Assembly (NCBI GenBank): GCA_028534125.1 | Contig: CM052817.1 | Location: forward strand, 3,660,001 to 3,724,000 | Direction: 5' to 3' | Source: Lama glama | Lineage: Eukaryota | DNA: 64,000 nucleotides | Part shown: one piece after another, positions 61,975 to 64,000 of the stretch | Position numbering within the stretch: position 1 is the first letter of the stretch | Layout of the letters: the number at the start of each line of letters is the position of its first letter | The notes under the pieces: generated by a model | What the model saw: the letters and a program-made list of their open reading frames with translations, nothing else | The model's database searches: none | Told to the model about the DNA's origin: nothing | Program-made: the position numbers and the translations under genes

Positions 61975-64000
61975 CAAAGAAAAACCCAGGTCCAGATGGT
62001 CTCTCTGCTGAATTCTTCCCAACTTTAAAGGAAGAAATACACAAACTCTTTCAGAGAACAAACCTTTTAATCCCCTCCACACACACTCAAATCAAATTTA
62101 TTAGGATGCTCAATGAATACATTTACAAGTGTTACTCACCAAGAAAAAACCAGCACTTTCTGATGCCCTTAGAGGATCATTTGACATGGAGTATGTGTGC
62201 ACACTTTAAAAATTCCTGCAAAAGCTTTTTATTTTTTTTAATTCATATACAAGAAAACTGACTTTTTGGTGTACAGTTCTGAGTTTTAATACATTGGTCA
62301 GTTCATTTAACTACCACAGAAAAGTCTTACAGAAACTCTGAGAAAACAGAAGGCGGAACATTCCTCAACCCATTTGATAAGGTCAGCATAATAATCTTGG
62401 TACCAAAACTTGACAAGAACATTATAAGAAAGGAAAATTACAGGCTATACTCTTTAACGAACAGAGATAGAAAAAATTTTTAAATATTAGCAAATCAAAT
62501 CCAAATCAAATCCAATGACAGACACAAAGGATGATTTATCAAGAACAAGTCGGGATTATTCTAGGAATGCAAAGGTAGCTTATATAACATTAGAAAAATA
62601 TGTTATTCACCACATAAACAAAATAAAGGAGAAAACACATATTACCATGAACAGATACAGGGGAAAAAAAGCATTTGACAAACACAACATATTCATGATG
62701 CTTTTAAACTATAAAACTAGGAATAAAAGGGATCTTCCTTAATCTAATAAAAGGTATTCAATTTAAAGTAAGGTATCTGATAAAAGGTATCTTACTGCAA
62801 AAATCACACTTAATAGGGGCAACGGTAAAAGCTTTCCCAGGGACCAGTACCACTTCAATTCAGCATTGCATGGGAATTCCTAGTCATGCAATAAAGCAAG
62901 AAAACTAAATAAAAGTGTAAGAATCGGAAAGAAACAAAACTCATCCACAGACAACGTGATTTTTCTACACATAAAATCCAAAGGATCCATAAACTATTAG
63001 AACTGAATTTAGCAAGACCACAGGTTTCAAGCTCTACACACAAAAATTAACTCCATTTCAACATTCATAAAATGGCATTTCTAAAACCATCAAAAATAAC
63101 AAATGTCTTGGAATAAAGTTAATGAAAGAAACACAAAAGCTTTACATTAAAAAACTATAAAATATTGTGGAGAAATTAAAGAAAACCTAAATAAATGGAA
63201 GGGCGTACCATATTCAGAGATCAAAAGTCTACACATAGTAAAAAATGACCCACAGTTTCACAGTAATCCCACACAAAACCACAGTAGATTCTTTGCGGTA
63301 ACTGCCCAAATGATCTGTAAATTTCTATGGAAATGAAAAGGGCCTAGAATAACCAAAACAATGTTAAAGAACAAAGCAAGAGGGCTTACTCTGTTAGCTA
63401 TCAAGACCTATTTTATAGGTCTTGAATATTAGTGAAAGAAAAAATAAATGATGGAACATATATGGTCACCTGGTTTATTTCAAAGGTTCGGGGGAATGGC
63501 GACCTTTATAATAAATAAAAATTATCCGCTCACTACCTCACACTATACAGAAAATTAATTCTGATGGATCATGGATCTAGTTGGTAACAGCAAAACAAAG
63601 CTTCTAGAAGATAACAGAATTTCTTAACAGGATGCAAAAGGCACTAATTGTAAAAAGAAAAATTCTGTAAAGCTGAATTCATTACAATTAAGCAATTCTG
63701 TTAAGAAAGCAAAATTCAAAAACATTATTAGAATAAAAACAAAAGCCATAGTGCAGAAGGTACCGCAATACACGTATCTCACAAGGGACTCTCATCCTGA
63801 ACATACAAAGTATGCCTGCAAATCAGTAAGACAACCTCAGACAGCAAGCAGGTCACACCAGATGAGTCCACATGGTAAGATATGAAAAAGTGCATTGAAT
63901 CATTAGTCATCGGGACATCTAAATTAAAACCACATATCCTTACCCTATTACCAGAATGGCAAAAAGAAAAACAGAAGGCTGACAGCGCTGAGTTTTGGAG
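61975..64000 (+). mobile_element. Degenerate LINE-1 ORF2 fragment(s), continuing off the window
   Basis: CCAGGTCCAGATGG...TGAATTC..CCAAC.TTAAAGGAAGAAAT; TACCAAAAC.TGACAAG...AAAATTACAGG; AAAAGCATTTGACAAA; TAAATAAATGGA. A-rich sense L1, interrupted near 62070-62320. Confidence 0.85.

Larger units (their letters stand above)
1..64000 (-). other. TBC1D14: TBC1D14 gene body (partial; 5' exons beyond 64000, 3' UTR continues past position 1)
   Basis: Twelve minus-strand exons splice in consistent phase into a protein matching recalled TBC1D14 from ~residue 241 to the C-terminus, including the TBC fingers IKLDISR (IxxDxxR) and YVQ (YxQ). Confidence 0.96.

Overview
Mammalian genomic DNA, most likely a camelid (it carries a vic-1-type tRNA-derived SINE and I saw no Alu, B1, Bov-A, PRE or SINEC copies). 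The whole window lies inside TBC1D14 (Rab-GAP/TBC domain protein, autophagy and recycling endosome regulator) on the minus strand. Twelve coding exons (human-equivalent exons 3-14) can be placed. Eleven are complete with canonical splice sites and consistent phases. The penultimate exon is mostly hidden in a 100-N gap (4482-4581). The 3' UTR runs off the left end and the large first coding exon lies beyond the right end. An intragenic CpG island (~34.2-34.8 kb) carries an alternative first exon ending in ATG|GTGAGT, in frame with the next exon, preceded by a strong-context 8-codon uORF. Introns hold old L1, L2, MIR, hAT DNA transposon and LTR remnants. The repeat family names and human comparisons are from memory, not from database searches. 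I found no wholly new biological system. The best leads are the uORF-gated internal isoform, a candidate in-frame cassette exon, a retrotransposon target site that appears three times, and a few hairpins and duplications.
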